Shown here in pieces: positions 8,287-16,993 of a DNA stretch of 27,608 bases. Where the stretch lies: NCBI GenBank assembly GCA_036507075.1, contig DASXQR010000002.1:1-27608 (forward strand). The letters are read 5' to 3'. The notes under the pieces were generated by a model that was given only the letters and a program-made list of their open reading frames with translations, did not search any database and was not told the origin of the DNA. Source of the stretch: Acidobacteriota bacterium (GTDB lineage: Bacteria; Acidobacteriota; UBA6911; JACQSX01). Both the position numbers and the translations under genes were made by a program. Within the stretch, counting starts at the first letter, position 1, and each line of letters opens with the position of its first letter.

Positions 8287-10002
8287 ATTATTCCCGCGCA
8301 ATCACCCCAGCCAATCCGCATCGACAGCCGCGTGGTGGTCCCGATGCGCGACGGCATCAATCTGTACGCCGACGTTTATCGCCCTCGCCGCGAGGGTAAA
8401 TTCCCGGTGCTGGTCGTTCGTACTCCGTATGGCGTGCAGCGCGACGGCGTACACGAGTCCAAGATCCGCTTTGCACAGAATGGATATGCGGTGATAGTTC
8501 AGGACGTGCGCGGCCGCTATGAATCGGAAGGGAAGTGGGATCCGTTCCGAAATGAAGCGCAGGACGGGTATGACACGATTCAGTGGGCCGCACAGCAGCC
8601 CTGGTCCAACGGAAAAGTCGCTACCGAAGGAGGGTCCTACCTCGGACATGTGCAGTGGCGAGCCGGGTCTCTGTCGCCGCCCGGCCTTGTGACCATGTTT
8701 CCTGCTGTCGCTTCCACCAGCATTTATCACAACTGGGCATTCTTCGGTGGAGCGTTTCGGCTTTCTTTCAACTATGGATGGGGAGTGGTCCGCATGCCTT
8801 CGCGCATCATGCTTCCGCAGTACTGGCATGATTCCGAATACGCTCCTGAGGACCTGAGGTATGAAAAGATCCTGTGGCATCTGCCGCTGAACCGCGGTGA
8901 TCTGGCGTCCTCAAATCAGGCCGTCCAGCACTATCGCGATTGGATAAGGCATCAGAGTTACGACAGTTACTGGCGCGCAATCAGCGACGAGGAAAAATTT
9001 GCCAACGTAAAGGTGCCGGTTCACACGCACGGCGGATGGTTTGACATCTTTCTGGCCGGTACCATCAACGGGTTCGCTGGAATGCGCAAACAGGGAGGCT
9101 CTGAAAAGGCGCGGAGCGAATCAAAGATGACCATAGGTCCGTGGGGCCACGGACCGAGTCAGAAGTTTGGTGACGTTGATTTTGGCCCTGTGGCCATGCG
9201 CTCGTTGTTTGATCGGGAGCTAAGGTGGTACAACCACTACCTTAAAGGCGAAGACAACGGAATCGATCGCGTACCACCCGTCGAGATCTTTTTCATGGGA
9301 GCCAACAAGTGGGTGCATGCGCGGGACTGGCCGCTGCCGGGCACAAGATTTACGCCTTATTATTTTACGGGCGCAGGCAGGGCAAACACATTGAATGGTG
9401 ACGGAAAGCTGGACACAGACAAACCCGGCAAAGCCGCCGTTGATGAATACCGATACGATCCCAACAATCCGGCGCCTACCCTGGGAGGAAACAACTGCTG
9501 CGGTACGCCCACCGCAGCCGGGCCGCGAGATCAGCGAGCGCTCGAGGATCGAGGCGACATGCTTGTCTACACGAGCGAGCCCCTGTCCGAACCGCTGGCT
9601 GTTGCAGGGCCGGTTAAGGTGCGGCTGCATGCCTCGACCGACGGGCCCGACACGGATTTCGCCGCCAAGTTGGTCGACGTTTCTCCCAGCGGCTACGCAA
9701 TGAACATCGCAGAAGGAATCCTGCGCGCCCGCTTCCGCAAGGGCGTCGATAAGATGGAGCTGCTCAAGCCGGGAGAGATTTATGAATTTGAGATCGACCT
9801 TGCAGGCACTGCCAATGTGTTCCTTCCCGGCCACCGCATTCGGGTCGATATCACCAGCAGCAATTTTCCGCAATTCGATAGAAATCCGAATACCGGCGAA
9901 GACCTCGGTGTTTCAGGCAAAGTGCGCGTGGCGACACAAAAGGTTTTCCATTCTGCGGACCGAGCCAGCAACGTTCTACTGCCGGTCGTAGCAGGTCCAT
10001 AA
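8227..10002 (+). CDS. CocE/NonD family hydrolase (peptidase S15 / PepX_C type)
   Basis: ATGA overlap with upstream gene; VPMRDGINLYADVYRP, RTPYG, QDVRGRYESEG, GGSYLG nucleophile, GGWFD, GPWGH, SSNFPQFDRNPNTG. Confidence 0.93.
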   Translation: MKIRPLRFATMALCLYVFVVIIPAQSPQPIRIDSRVVVPMRDGINLYADVYRPRREGKFPVLVVRTPYGVQRDGVHESKIRFAQNGYAVIVQDVRGRYESEGKWDPFRNEAQDGYDTIQWAAQQPWSNGKVATEGGSYLGHVQWRAGSLSPPGLVTMFPAVASTSIYHNWAFFGGAFRLSFNYGWGVVRMPSRIMLPQYWHDSEYAPEDLRYEKILWHLPLNRGDLASSNQAVQHYRDWIRHQSYDSYWRAISDEEKFANVKVPVHTHGGWFDIFLAGTINGFAGMRKQGGSEKARSESKMTIGPWGHGPSQKFGDVDFGPVAMRSLFDRELRWYNHYLKGEDNGIDRVPPVEIFFMGANKWVHARDWPLPGTRFTPYYFTGAGRANTLNGDGKLDTDKPGKAAVDEYRYDPNNPAPTLGGNNCCGTPTAAGPRDQRALEDRGDMLVYTSEPLSEPLAVAGPVKVRLHASTDGPDTDFAAKLVDVSPSGYAMNIAEGILRARFRKGVDKMELLKPGEIYEFEIDLAGTANVFLPGHRIRVDITSSNFPQFDRNPNTGEDLGVSGKVRVATQKVFHSADRASNVLLPVVAGP

Positions 10003-10017
10003 TCCCGTTACAGGATA

Positions 10018-10261
10018 GTGGGGGAGTGGGGGAGTAGAGAGTGGAAGAGTGTCGCCCACATCCGAACCGCGCGCGTAAGCAAGCGGACCCTCCATGTGGC
10101 CATCTCTGTGAATGCCGAATACAAGTACCGCAGCGTAGATTTCTAGCGGGGTGCAGAAGTGCTCAATCGAGGGTCCGCTTGCTCACGCGCGCGGTTCGGA
10201 TGTCGACAATACTCCCCCGTTCCCTCACTCTCCCACTCTCCCGCTCCCCCACTCCCCCTCC
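10018..10261. repeat. Composite element: outer 8-mer tandem-repeat inverted arms enclosing a REP-like doublet
   Basis: GGGGAGTG-type units 10018-10050 versus CACTCYCC-type units about 10213-10261; inner arms 10058-10092 / 10169-10203 (34/35 complementary, GAACCGCGCGCGTAAGCAAGCGG). Confidence 0.85.
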
Positions 10262-10270
10262 TACTTTAGA

Positions 10271-11173
10271 ATGTCTGCCAGGCGAAATCTCAGTCTGATT
10301 GTTCTACTGCTGGCGACGGCCGGTGTTGTGTGGGTCGTTATGTCTCTTGAAGATAAGTTTATTTATTTCCCCATCCGCTACCCGGAAGGGGACTGGGAAG
10401 CTGTAAACCTGCAGCCGGCCGTCGGTGGTATCGGTCCAAAGATTGACGACTGCTGGTTCCGAACCGCCGATGGGGTGAAGCTGCACGCGTGGCACTGCAG
10501 CCCTCAGAAGAATCTCGGCGGAACGGTGACGACAATTCCAGCCGAGATGACCTTGATGTGGTTTCACGGAAACGGCGGCAATATCAGCCACAGATACGAC
10601 ATGATTCGCTTGCTGATGCACCTGCCGGTCAATGTCTTCATTTTTGATTATCGCGGCTACGGAAGAAGTGAGGGAGCGCCGTCGGAAGCCGGACTGTATC
10701 TTGACGCGCATGCCGCATGGGAATATCTGACAAGGGAGAGGAAAATCAATCCTTTGAAAATCGTGCTCCTGGGGAAATCTTTGGGCGGGGTTCCGGCAAT
10801 CGAGTTGGCGACGCATGTCGAACCTGCCGGCTTGATCGTACAGTCTTCGTTCACTTCCGTTGCGGACATGGGAGCCCTGGTGCTGCCTTTTATTCCCGGA
10901 TTCCTGATTCGCTCGCGCATGGATTCGCTCAGCAGAATTCGTTCGGTCAAATGTCCCAAGCTGTTCATCCACAGCCCGGCCGATGAGATCGTGCCGTTTC
11001 GCCTGGGACGGGCCCTGTATGAAGCCGCCTCCCAACCCAAGCAGTTTTACGAAGTGGCAAACGCCCCGCACAATGAAACCTACGCGGTAGGAGGAGAGGA
11101 GTACCTGGGAGTTTTGCGTGAATTTATTTCAGTCTGCAATGCGGCGCAGAAGGAGGAACGCGCAGGAAAATAA
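10271..11173 (+). CDS. Alpha/beta hydrolase (Bem46/ABHD13-17-like), N-terminal membrane anchor
   Basis: FHGNGGNI, DYRGYGRSEGAPSEAGLYLDA, GKSLGG, DEIVP, HNE; ATG 10271 lies just after the repeat-derived stretch. Confidence 0.9.
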   Translation: MSARRNLSLIVLLLATAGVVWVVMSLEDKFIYFPIRYPEGDWEAVNLQPAVGGIGPKIDDCWFRTADGVKLHAWHCSPQKNLGGTVTTIPAEMTLMWFHGNGGNISHRYDMIRLLMHLPVNVFIFDYRGYGRSEGAPSEAGLYLDAHAAWEYLTRERKINPLKIVLLGKSLGGVPAIELATHVEPAGLIVQSSFTSVADMGALVLPFIPGFLIRSRMDSLSRIRSVKCPKLFIHSPADEIVPFRLGRALYEAASQPKQFYEVANAPHNETYAVGGEEYLGVLREFISVCNAAQKEERAGK

Positions 11174-11188
11174 GGTTGATTCTTGTTC

Positions 11189-11210
11189 ACCACCAAGGCA
11201 CCAAGCCAGC
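11189..11210. repeat. Left arm of dispersed element
   Basis: ACCACCAAGGCACCAAGCCAGC is identical to 4921-4942; followed by an ATGGGGACAAGCCC half-site resembling the 5882-5966 family. Confidence 0.85.
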
Positions 11211-11247
11211 TTAACTTATGGGGACAAGCCCGGTGGCGTCGATTTTT

Positions 11248-12336
11248 TTACGAAACCGTCTCCGGCTTCATCCACTTCGCAAACCAGTCGATAGCTGCCC
11301 TCCGGGAAGCGGGCGTCACCGAGTGGCCGGTTTTTTCCTGGATACGAAGCACGAACTTGTCTTCTGCGTGCGACTGGGCATAAGCCTTCTTGGCGCTGTT
11401 GACGCACTCCATCACGCTTGACAGCGGCGTGAGGGGGTCAGAATCACCGTTGATCAGCATCAGCGGCCTGGGCGCGATCAAGGGCAGCATCTCGGTGGCG
11501 TCGAACTGGTCGTAAATACCCGGTACAACGCGATCCAGGAAGTTGCGCACAAAGTCTGGATCCTTCTCGCGGATGATTGCGCTTAACTGTCCGTCCAGCC
11601 CGCCCCTTACCATGTCGACCAGCGGTCCCCAGGTGTTGTGCTCTAAAGACCAACGGAAACTCTGGGTGCCGATACAGGAAACAGTCACCGCGATCCGAGG
11701 ATCGACTGCGGCCGTCAGGTGGGCCTCAACGCCGCCTTTGGAGAACCCGATCAGCCCGACACGCGACGCGTCGGCGTCGGAACGAGTCGACAGATAATCA
11801 ACCAGTCGCATCACATCCCACACCGTTTGGTAAAGGAAAGGATGTTCCTGGCTGGTCATATAAGCGCGAATCAAGGCCTGCACGTACTCGGTCCTCCCTT
11901 TGGGCGCGCGCTCGCCATGATAAGGGGTGTCGATCGCCACGGCGATAAATCCTCTGCCGACCAGATCCTTGAGGAAAGAAATTTGCCTTTCTTTGCTGCT
12001 TCCGGTGCCGTGCAGCACGATCACGACCGGCCGTTTGCCGGTGCCCTGAGTGGGCGTCAGAAGGACTCCCGGCACTCGATTCTCGGAGTCGGCCGAGAAA
12101 CTGAAGTGAAATTGCTTCCATCCTTCCCCTGCGGTCGTCTCGTCCACTTTAGGAGCGAGTGGAACCCGGCTATGTTCAACCAGTCTGAGAAAGGCCCCCG
12201 CCGATGCCGCTTGCCTGCCGCCCTGCGATTGAGGAGTGGTCGCAGGATCTTCTTGTCGGGATGAAAATGGATGCACAGCGATCAGGGAGGCGAAAATGAA
12301 TGCAGTCCAAGCCAATGCTTCCAACGAAATCTTCAC
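11248..12336 (-). CDS. Secreted alpha/beta hydrolase (dienelactone hydrolase/esterase-like)
   Basis: PVVIVLHGTG, GFSKGG, NGDSDPL, TGHSV triad motifs; start uncertain (GTG 12336 chosen; ORF open to 12399). Confidence 0.85.
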   Translation of the reverse strand: MKISLEALAWTAFIFASLIAVHPFSSRQEDPATTPQSQGGRQAASAGAFLRLVEHSRVPLAPKVDETTAGEGWKQFHFSFSADSENRVPGVLLTPTQGTGKRPVVIVLHGTGSSKERQISFLKDLVGRGFIAVAIDTPYHGERAPKGRTEYVQALIRAYMTSQEHPFLYQTVWDVMRLVDYLSTRSDADASRVGLIGFSKGGVEAHLTAAVDPRIAVTVSCIGTQSFRWSLEHNTWGPLVDMVRGGLDGQLSAIIREKDPDFVRNFLDRVVPGIYDQFDATEMLPLIAPRPLMLINGDSDPLTPLSSVMECVNSAKKAYAQSHAEDKFVLRIQEKTGHSVTPASRRAAIDWFAKWMKPETVS

Positions 12337-12417
12337 AGCAATTGGTTTGATGTTTTCAGAAAGGATTAGTTGCAAGCCATTAAACCATTGATCTTGCATA
12401 ATTTAAGGTTAGGAAAG

Positions 12418-12458
12418 CTTGGTGTCTTGGTGGTCAAAAAGGGGTTGAACCACCAAGC
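12418..12458. repeat. Right arm + partial left arm junction of dispersed element
   Basis: CTTGGTGTCTTGGTGGT (12418-12434)...AACCACCAAGC (12448-12458). Confidence 0.8.
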
Positions 12459-12575
12459 AGGAAATTGACGCATCGGTGCCCAGCGCACGCCTGCCCATAT
12501 TGCGCACGAGATGTGATACACTCTGTCCATCTTTTCACGGCCCGTTTCAGGGCCAATTTTTTTGGAGACGATTCT

Positions 12576-13649
12576 ATGAGCCGAATGAGAGTGATTGGTT
12601 TCTTGTTTTGCGTCATTTTGACTGCTACCTGGATGCTGGCCGACGGCGGCCCGGACCACCAGGCCACACAGCCCCGGCCGATACAGCTCGGCACGTCGGG
12701 CGGGAATGTGAACGAGGCCAGTAGAGCATTTTGCTGTTCAGGAACGCTGGGCGCGCTGGTCACAAAAAATACAATCAATTATATTCTGAGCAACAATCAC
12801 GTTCTGGGTCGCTCCGGAGCGGCAGCCGTGGGAGAAGACATCAGCCAGCCCGGATTGATTGACAATAATTGCCGGTTGCCTGGAATCGTGGCAGATTTCA
12901 GCGAGGCGGCTCCACTGGGGTCGTCCAACGTCGACGCCGCGCTGGCACAGGTCGTCGACAACGCTGTCGATCTGACAGGCGCCATACTGGATATCGGCAC
13001 CATCAGCGGCGTTGTGGCTGCGCCATCCGTCGGGTTGAACGTGATGAAGAGCGGCCGGACGACGGGTCAGACCTTTGGCACGATCGGCTCAATCAATACA
13101 GATGTTAACGTTCAGTACCAAAAGGGCTGCAATCAGGGCAAAAAGTTTGTCATTTCCTATATCAATCAAATTGTCATCAGCGGAGGCGGTTTCAGCGCTG
13201 GCGGAGACTCCGGCTCCTTGATCGTCACCAACGACGCGTGCAAACAGCCGGTTGGGCTGCTGTTTGCTGGAAGCAGCACCTCCACGATTGCGAATCCAGC
13301 TCAAGATGTTGCCGGAGCTCTGGGAGTCAGCTTTGTCGGTGGAAGCGCAGATTGCTCCCTCCCGCCGGGCAGTACTCTGGGCGGCAGTTCCGGACCTGCC
13401 CAGGCGGCGTTGGATCACGTTCGCGCCGTCAAGGCACGCCATAGTTTTGAGGTGCTCAATACGCCTGGAATTCTTGGTTTGGGCGTAGGAGCGGCCGACG
13501 ATAATCCGGCGGAAGCCGTGTTGGTGGTTTACGTGGAACGCGGCCACGCTTTGCCGGGTAATATTGCCAACAGCGTCGAAGGTGTGAGAATCAAGGTGGT
13601 CAACACGGATGCCTTCGTTGCCTACGGCAATGAGAAGTGGGGAAAATAA
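12576..13649 (+). CDS. Secreted trypsin-like (Nal1-type) serine protease
   Basis: Signal peptide; GTLG, LSNNHVL (His), VDAALA (Asp), KSGRTTG, GGDSGS (Ser); GGAG upstream of ATG. Confidence 0.85.
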   Translation: MSRMRVIGFLFCVILTATWMLADGGPDHQATQPRPIQLGTSGGNVNEASRAFCCSGTLGALVTKNTINYILSNNHVLGRSGAAAVGEDISQPGLIDNNCRLPGIVADFSEAAPLGSSNVDAALAQVVDNAVDLTGAILDIGTISGVVAAPSVGLNVMKSGRTTGQTFGTIGSINTDVNVQYQKGCNQGKKFVISYINQIVISGGGFSAGGDSGSLIVTNDACKQPVGLLFAGSSTSTIANPAQDVAGALGVSFVGGSADCSLPPGSTLGGSSGPAQAALDHVRAVKARHSFEVLNTPGILGLGVGAADDNPAEAVLVVYVERGHALPGNIANSVEGVRIKVVNTDAFVAYGNEKWGK

Positions 13650-13654
13650 TTACT

Positions 13655-13763
13655 TCGAATGCGGATTTCGGAATGCGGAATGCGGAATAGCGAGGGAATT
13701 GAGTCGGCTTTGAAGAATTAGGCCTGACTATTCCGCATTCCGCAATCTGCATTCCGCGTTCGA
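13655..13763. repeat. 7-mer (GAATGCG) tandem-repeat inverted element between convergent genes; possible bidirectional terminator role
   Basis: 36-nt arms 13655-13690 and 13728-13763 with 37-nt spacer, both bounded by TCGA. Confidence 0.85.
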
Positions 13764-13765
13764 GT

Positions 13766-16700
13766 TTATCGTGCTCCCCAGCGCGTCTGTTTGAGAAACG
13801 CCACAAGATCCGCCAGTTCCTGGCGCGTCAACTGGTCGGCCACACCTGCCGGCATAATTGAGACGGCGCCGGGACGCATTTCGGCGATGTCAGCGCGCGA
13901 AATCCGCACTTCGTTGCTCGCATCGACGGCAAGAACAATCTCTTCGGCCGCATCCTTCCGCAGGACGCCGTTATGGATATCTCCAGACTTGGTTTCCACA
14001 ATGATGGGTTCGTAACTTCGAACAAAACTGGCGTTCGGGAAAACAACAGATTCCAGCAGATCACGTTCCGTGCGAATCTGGCCAATTCGGGTCAGATCCG
14101 GCCCCACCTTCCCGCCGAGATATCCGATCGTATGGCAGGAAGAACAAGCGGCCTTTGTTCCATTGAAGATAGTCTGTCCGCGGCGCACATCGCCGCTTTT
14201 CAACTCCACCGCCAGCTTTTCGAGGCGCGCCTTCTGCTGGGCAAGGTCGGTATGAAGAGACGTGAGCAGCTTTTCGCCCGCCTGTTGCACGGGCGGCGGG
14301 AATTTCGCCAGCCGAGGCTTTAAAATGTCCGGTCTCAGACTGGCGCGCGCTTTCGATTCTTTCAGCGCCGCGATCAGCTTCAATCCCAATTCCTGATCGC
14401 CGCCCTCGCCATAGCAGTCAATCAGTCTTGGAAGCTCCATCGGGCCTGCCGTTTTCAGCGCTTCCGTTAATGCGGCCAGTTGCGCGCCCGAGAGTCTTGC
14501 CTTTGCCAGAACAGCGGCGGCGCTGCTTCGGATGGATACCGGCTGCGACACATCAAGGGAGGCAAGCAGGAACCCGAAATCTTCCGCGTCTACGGTTTTC
14601 AGGCCGCCCGACAAGGCAGCCAGCGAGTCAAGACGCACCTGCGGGGTCAGCACATGGTCACGGGCGACGCGAAGCAATGCGGCGTCCAATTCAGGAGCAC
14701 CTTTTTGAGGCGAGGGCAATGCCCGCGCTGCTGCGACGGCTGCTGAAATCAAGTCGGGTTTCTTTGAGCCCGTCACGTCCACAAGCGCGCGACTCCATTG
14801 ATCGGGAATCTCCTTTAACGGCGCGTGAGCCATCGCCCGAAGCGCGATCAGCCGCGATTCGTCTGGCAAATCTGCTCGGACCGTCGCCGCCAGCAGTTCC
14901 TGAATCTCGGCGCTGTGCGCAAAGCGCGCCAGTCTTTCCTCCAGTTCGTCGCGTGCGCCCGCGCTCAGCCCTTTCGCCGTTAATCGGCGTTGTAAAAAAC
15001 CGGCAGCGGTTGGCGCCCATTGCGGACGATGGTCGAAAATCCACCATGCTGTTTGCTTCAAAAGCGGATCGTCGGAATTTAAAAGAGGCTGTACGGAGTC
15101 TGCTTTCAAATCACCCCCGTCCATTTGATCCAGCGCCACCAGCGCAGCCCGCCTGGTGTGCGGAGACGGGGAGCGCAATCCTGCGGCAGTCGCGACGGGA
15201 TCGGCAATTTCGATCAGGGCGTAAGTCAGAGAATGCTCCAGAACGCGGTCGTGCGGCGTGGCCGTATTGGCGAGCAGCTCAGCAACGGCGCGCTTGTCGC
15301 CGATGCGCCCCACAGCCTCAGCCGCGGCGCGTTGAAGTTCCGGAAGACCGGCCCTGAGCAATTCGAGCAGTTGAGGAAGCGCGCCCGCGTCTCGCCAAAG
15401 CCCGGCAGAGTGGCAGGCTGCCTGCCTGACGGATTTGTCTGCATCGCCCAGCGCGGCGCATACCGCGTCTCGAGCAGGTTGCGTTTCTACGCGGGTAAGT
15501 GTCCAGACCGCGTTGCGACGCGCTTCTACGGACAGGGAAGTCTTCAGCATGTCCGCCAGCACGGGCACTGCTTGTGCCCCTTGTCTGGCCAGTTGCTCGA
15601 TCGCGCGATTGCGCACGGCGGGCCGCGGGTCATCGAGCAATTTTGCAAGCTGCCGGGGATTCATGGCAGCCCAGTTCATTCTCAACCCGCGCGGATCGGC
15701 CGGCTGCGTTCGCGTTAGGCCTCGCCTGCGAATCCGGTAAATTGCTCCGAGCAGGTCCGGCTTGGAAAGCTGCGAGCTGGGGCAGCAAAGTTTGTACCAG
15801 GCTCCCGTATCGACCACCAGCAGGCTCCCGTCGGCATCTTCGAGCACGTCGGTGGGATGAAAATCAGGATTCTCCGAAACCAGGAAATTGATGTCGCGCG
15901 TGGTAAAAGTGGAGCCGCTGGGCTGCAGAACGTGACGCGTGACTTTATGCAGGTTGAAGAGAGCGGCAAAGAGATTGCCGCGATAATCCTCGCCGAATGC
16001 CTTTGAAGCATAGAGCGTCAGTCCGGAGGGCACAGCCGGGCCAAGATGGGTCATGACGGGCATCAGGTCGCCGGTCTTTTTGTGATCGTCGGTCGCGTTG
16101 TTCACTTTTCCGTACACACCGCCGTAGATGGCGTGAACCAGACCGTCGCGCCGGCCGCTTTCCGGGCGCTGAACAAAGGTGGCGGTGAAGATCCGCTCCC
16201 CTTCGGGGGTAAAGACAACATCCACCGGGTTGTCCATTCCTCCGTTCATCACAGGCTCGACGTAGGAGCTGCCGGGGCGGCGGCGCAGAATATGGGATGC
16301 TCGAGACACCAGCGGAGGCTTTCCGGGACGTTCGTAGGTCTGTTGCGCGAATGCGCCCTTGGCCCAGTAAATCCAGCCATCTAAGCCGAGATAAGGCCCG
16401 TGCAGATCATTGGCGCAGTTGGTGAGGGTCTTCCCCTGGAACCATTCTTCGCGCTGATCGGCCACTCCGTCGCCGTTTGTGTCAGTGAGTTTCCAGATGC
16501 TTGGAGGCGCCGAAACATAGAGCGATCCATCAAACCAGAGGGTGCCTTCCGGGAACATCATTTTGTCGGCAAAGACGGTGCTCTTATCGAAACGCCCGTC
16601 GCCATTGGTGTCTTCCAGGCGTACGATCCGATGCGGCTTTTTTGCAAGCTGCTCTTCCACCTTGTCATTGGAGCCGGAAGAATCGGCCACATAGAGCCGG

Positions 16701-16900
16701 CCTTGTTCGTCGAAATCCGCCGTGATGGGACGATCCACCAGCGGGGGACCAGCGACGCGCTCCACTATGAATCCGTCGGGCACCTTGAGGCCCAGCATTG
16801 GCGGTCTGCGTTTGGTTGCGGCGATGAGATAAATTGCTCCCAGCGCGACAACCAGCGCCAGAAGAGCAGGAGTCAATCGGCGGGCCGGTTTTATTTTCAT
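13766..16900 (-). CDS. PVC-type heme-binding CxxCH protein (putative membrane-bound dehydrogenase: beta-propeller + HEAT repeats + cytochrome c)
   Basis: LKVPDGFIVERVA, FDEQGRLYVAD, LEDTNGDGRFD, FHPTDVLEDADGSLLVVD, HEAT repeats, ACSSCH...VGPDLT, SIMPAG. Confidence 0.92.
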   Translation of the reverse strand: MKIKPARRLTPALLALVVALGAIYLIAATKRRPPMLGLKVPDGFIVERVAGPPLVDRPITADFDEQGRLYVADSSGSNDKVEEQLAKKPHRIVRLEDTNGDGRFDKSTVFADKMMFPEGTLWFDGSLYVSAPPSIWKLTDTNGDGVADQREEWFQGKTLTNCANDLHGPYLGLDGWIYWAKGAFAQQTYERPGKPPLVSRASHILRRRPGSSYVEPVMNGGMDNPVDVVFTPEGERIFTATFVQRPESGRRDGLVHAIYGGVYGKVNNATDDHKKTGDLMPVMTHLGPAVPSGLTLYASKAFGEDYRGNLFAALFNLHKVTRHVLQPSGSTFTTRDINFLVSENPDFHPTDVLEDADGSLLVVDTGAWYKLCCPSSQLSKPDLLGAIYRIRRRGLTRTQPADPRGLRMNWAAMNPRQLAKLLDDPRPAVRNRAIEQLARQGAQAVPVLADMLKTSLSVEARRNAVWTLTRVETQPARDAVCAALGDADKSVRQAACHSAGLWRDAGALPQLLELLRAGLPELQRAAAEAVGRIGDKRAVAELLANTATPHDRVLEHSLTYALIEIADPVATAAGLRSPSPHTRRAALVALDQMDGGDLKADSVQPLLNSDDPLLKQTAWWIFDHRPQWAPTAAGFLQRRLTAKGLSAGARDELEERLARFAHSAEIQELLAATVRADLPDESRLIALRAMAHAPLKEIPDQWSRALVDVTGSKKPDLISAAVAAARALPSPQKGAPELDAALLRVARDHVLTPQVRLDSLAALSGGLKTVDAEDFGFLLASLDVSQPVSIRSSAAAVLAKARLSGAQLAALTEALKTAGPMELPRLIDCYGEGGDQELGLKLIAALKESKARASLRPDILKPRLAKFPPPVQQAGEKLLTSLHTDLAQQKARLEKLAVELKSGDVRRGQTIFNGTKAACSSCHTIGYLGGKVGPDLTRIGQIRTERDLLESVVFPNASFVRSYEPIIVETKSGDIHNGVLRKDAAEEIVLAVDASNEVRISRADIAEMRPGAVSIMPAGVADQLTRQELADLVAFLKQTRWGAR

Positions 16901-16993
16901 TTTCGAATTACACGAAATTTGTGCTCAACTTCGAATTCGTGCTCAACTCTTATCTTAGCGCTGTTGGCATTCCTGCAATAGAATTCGTTCCAT

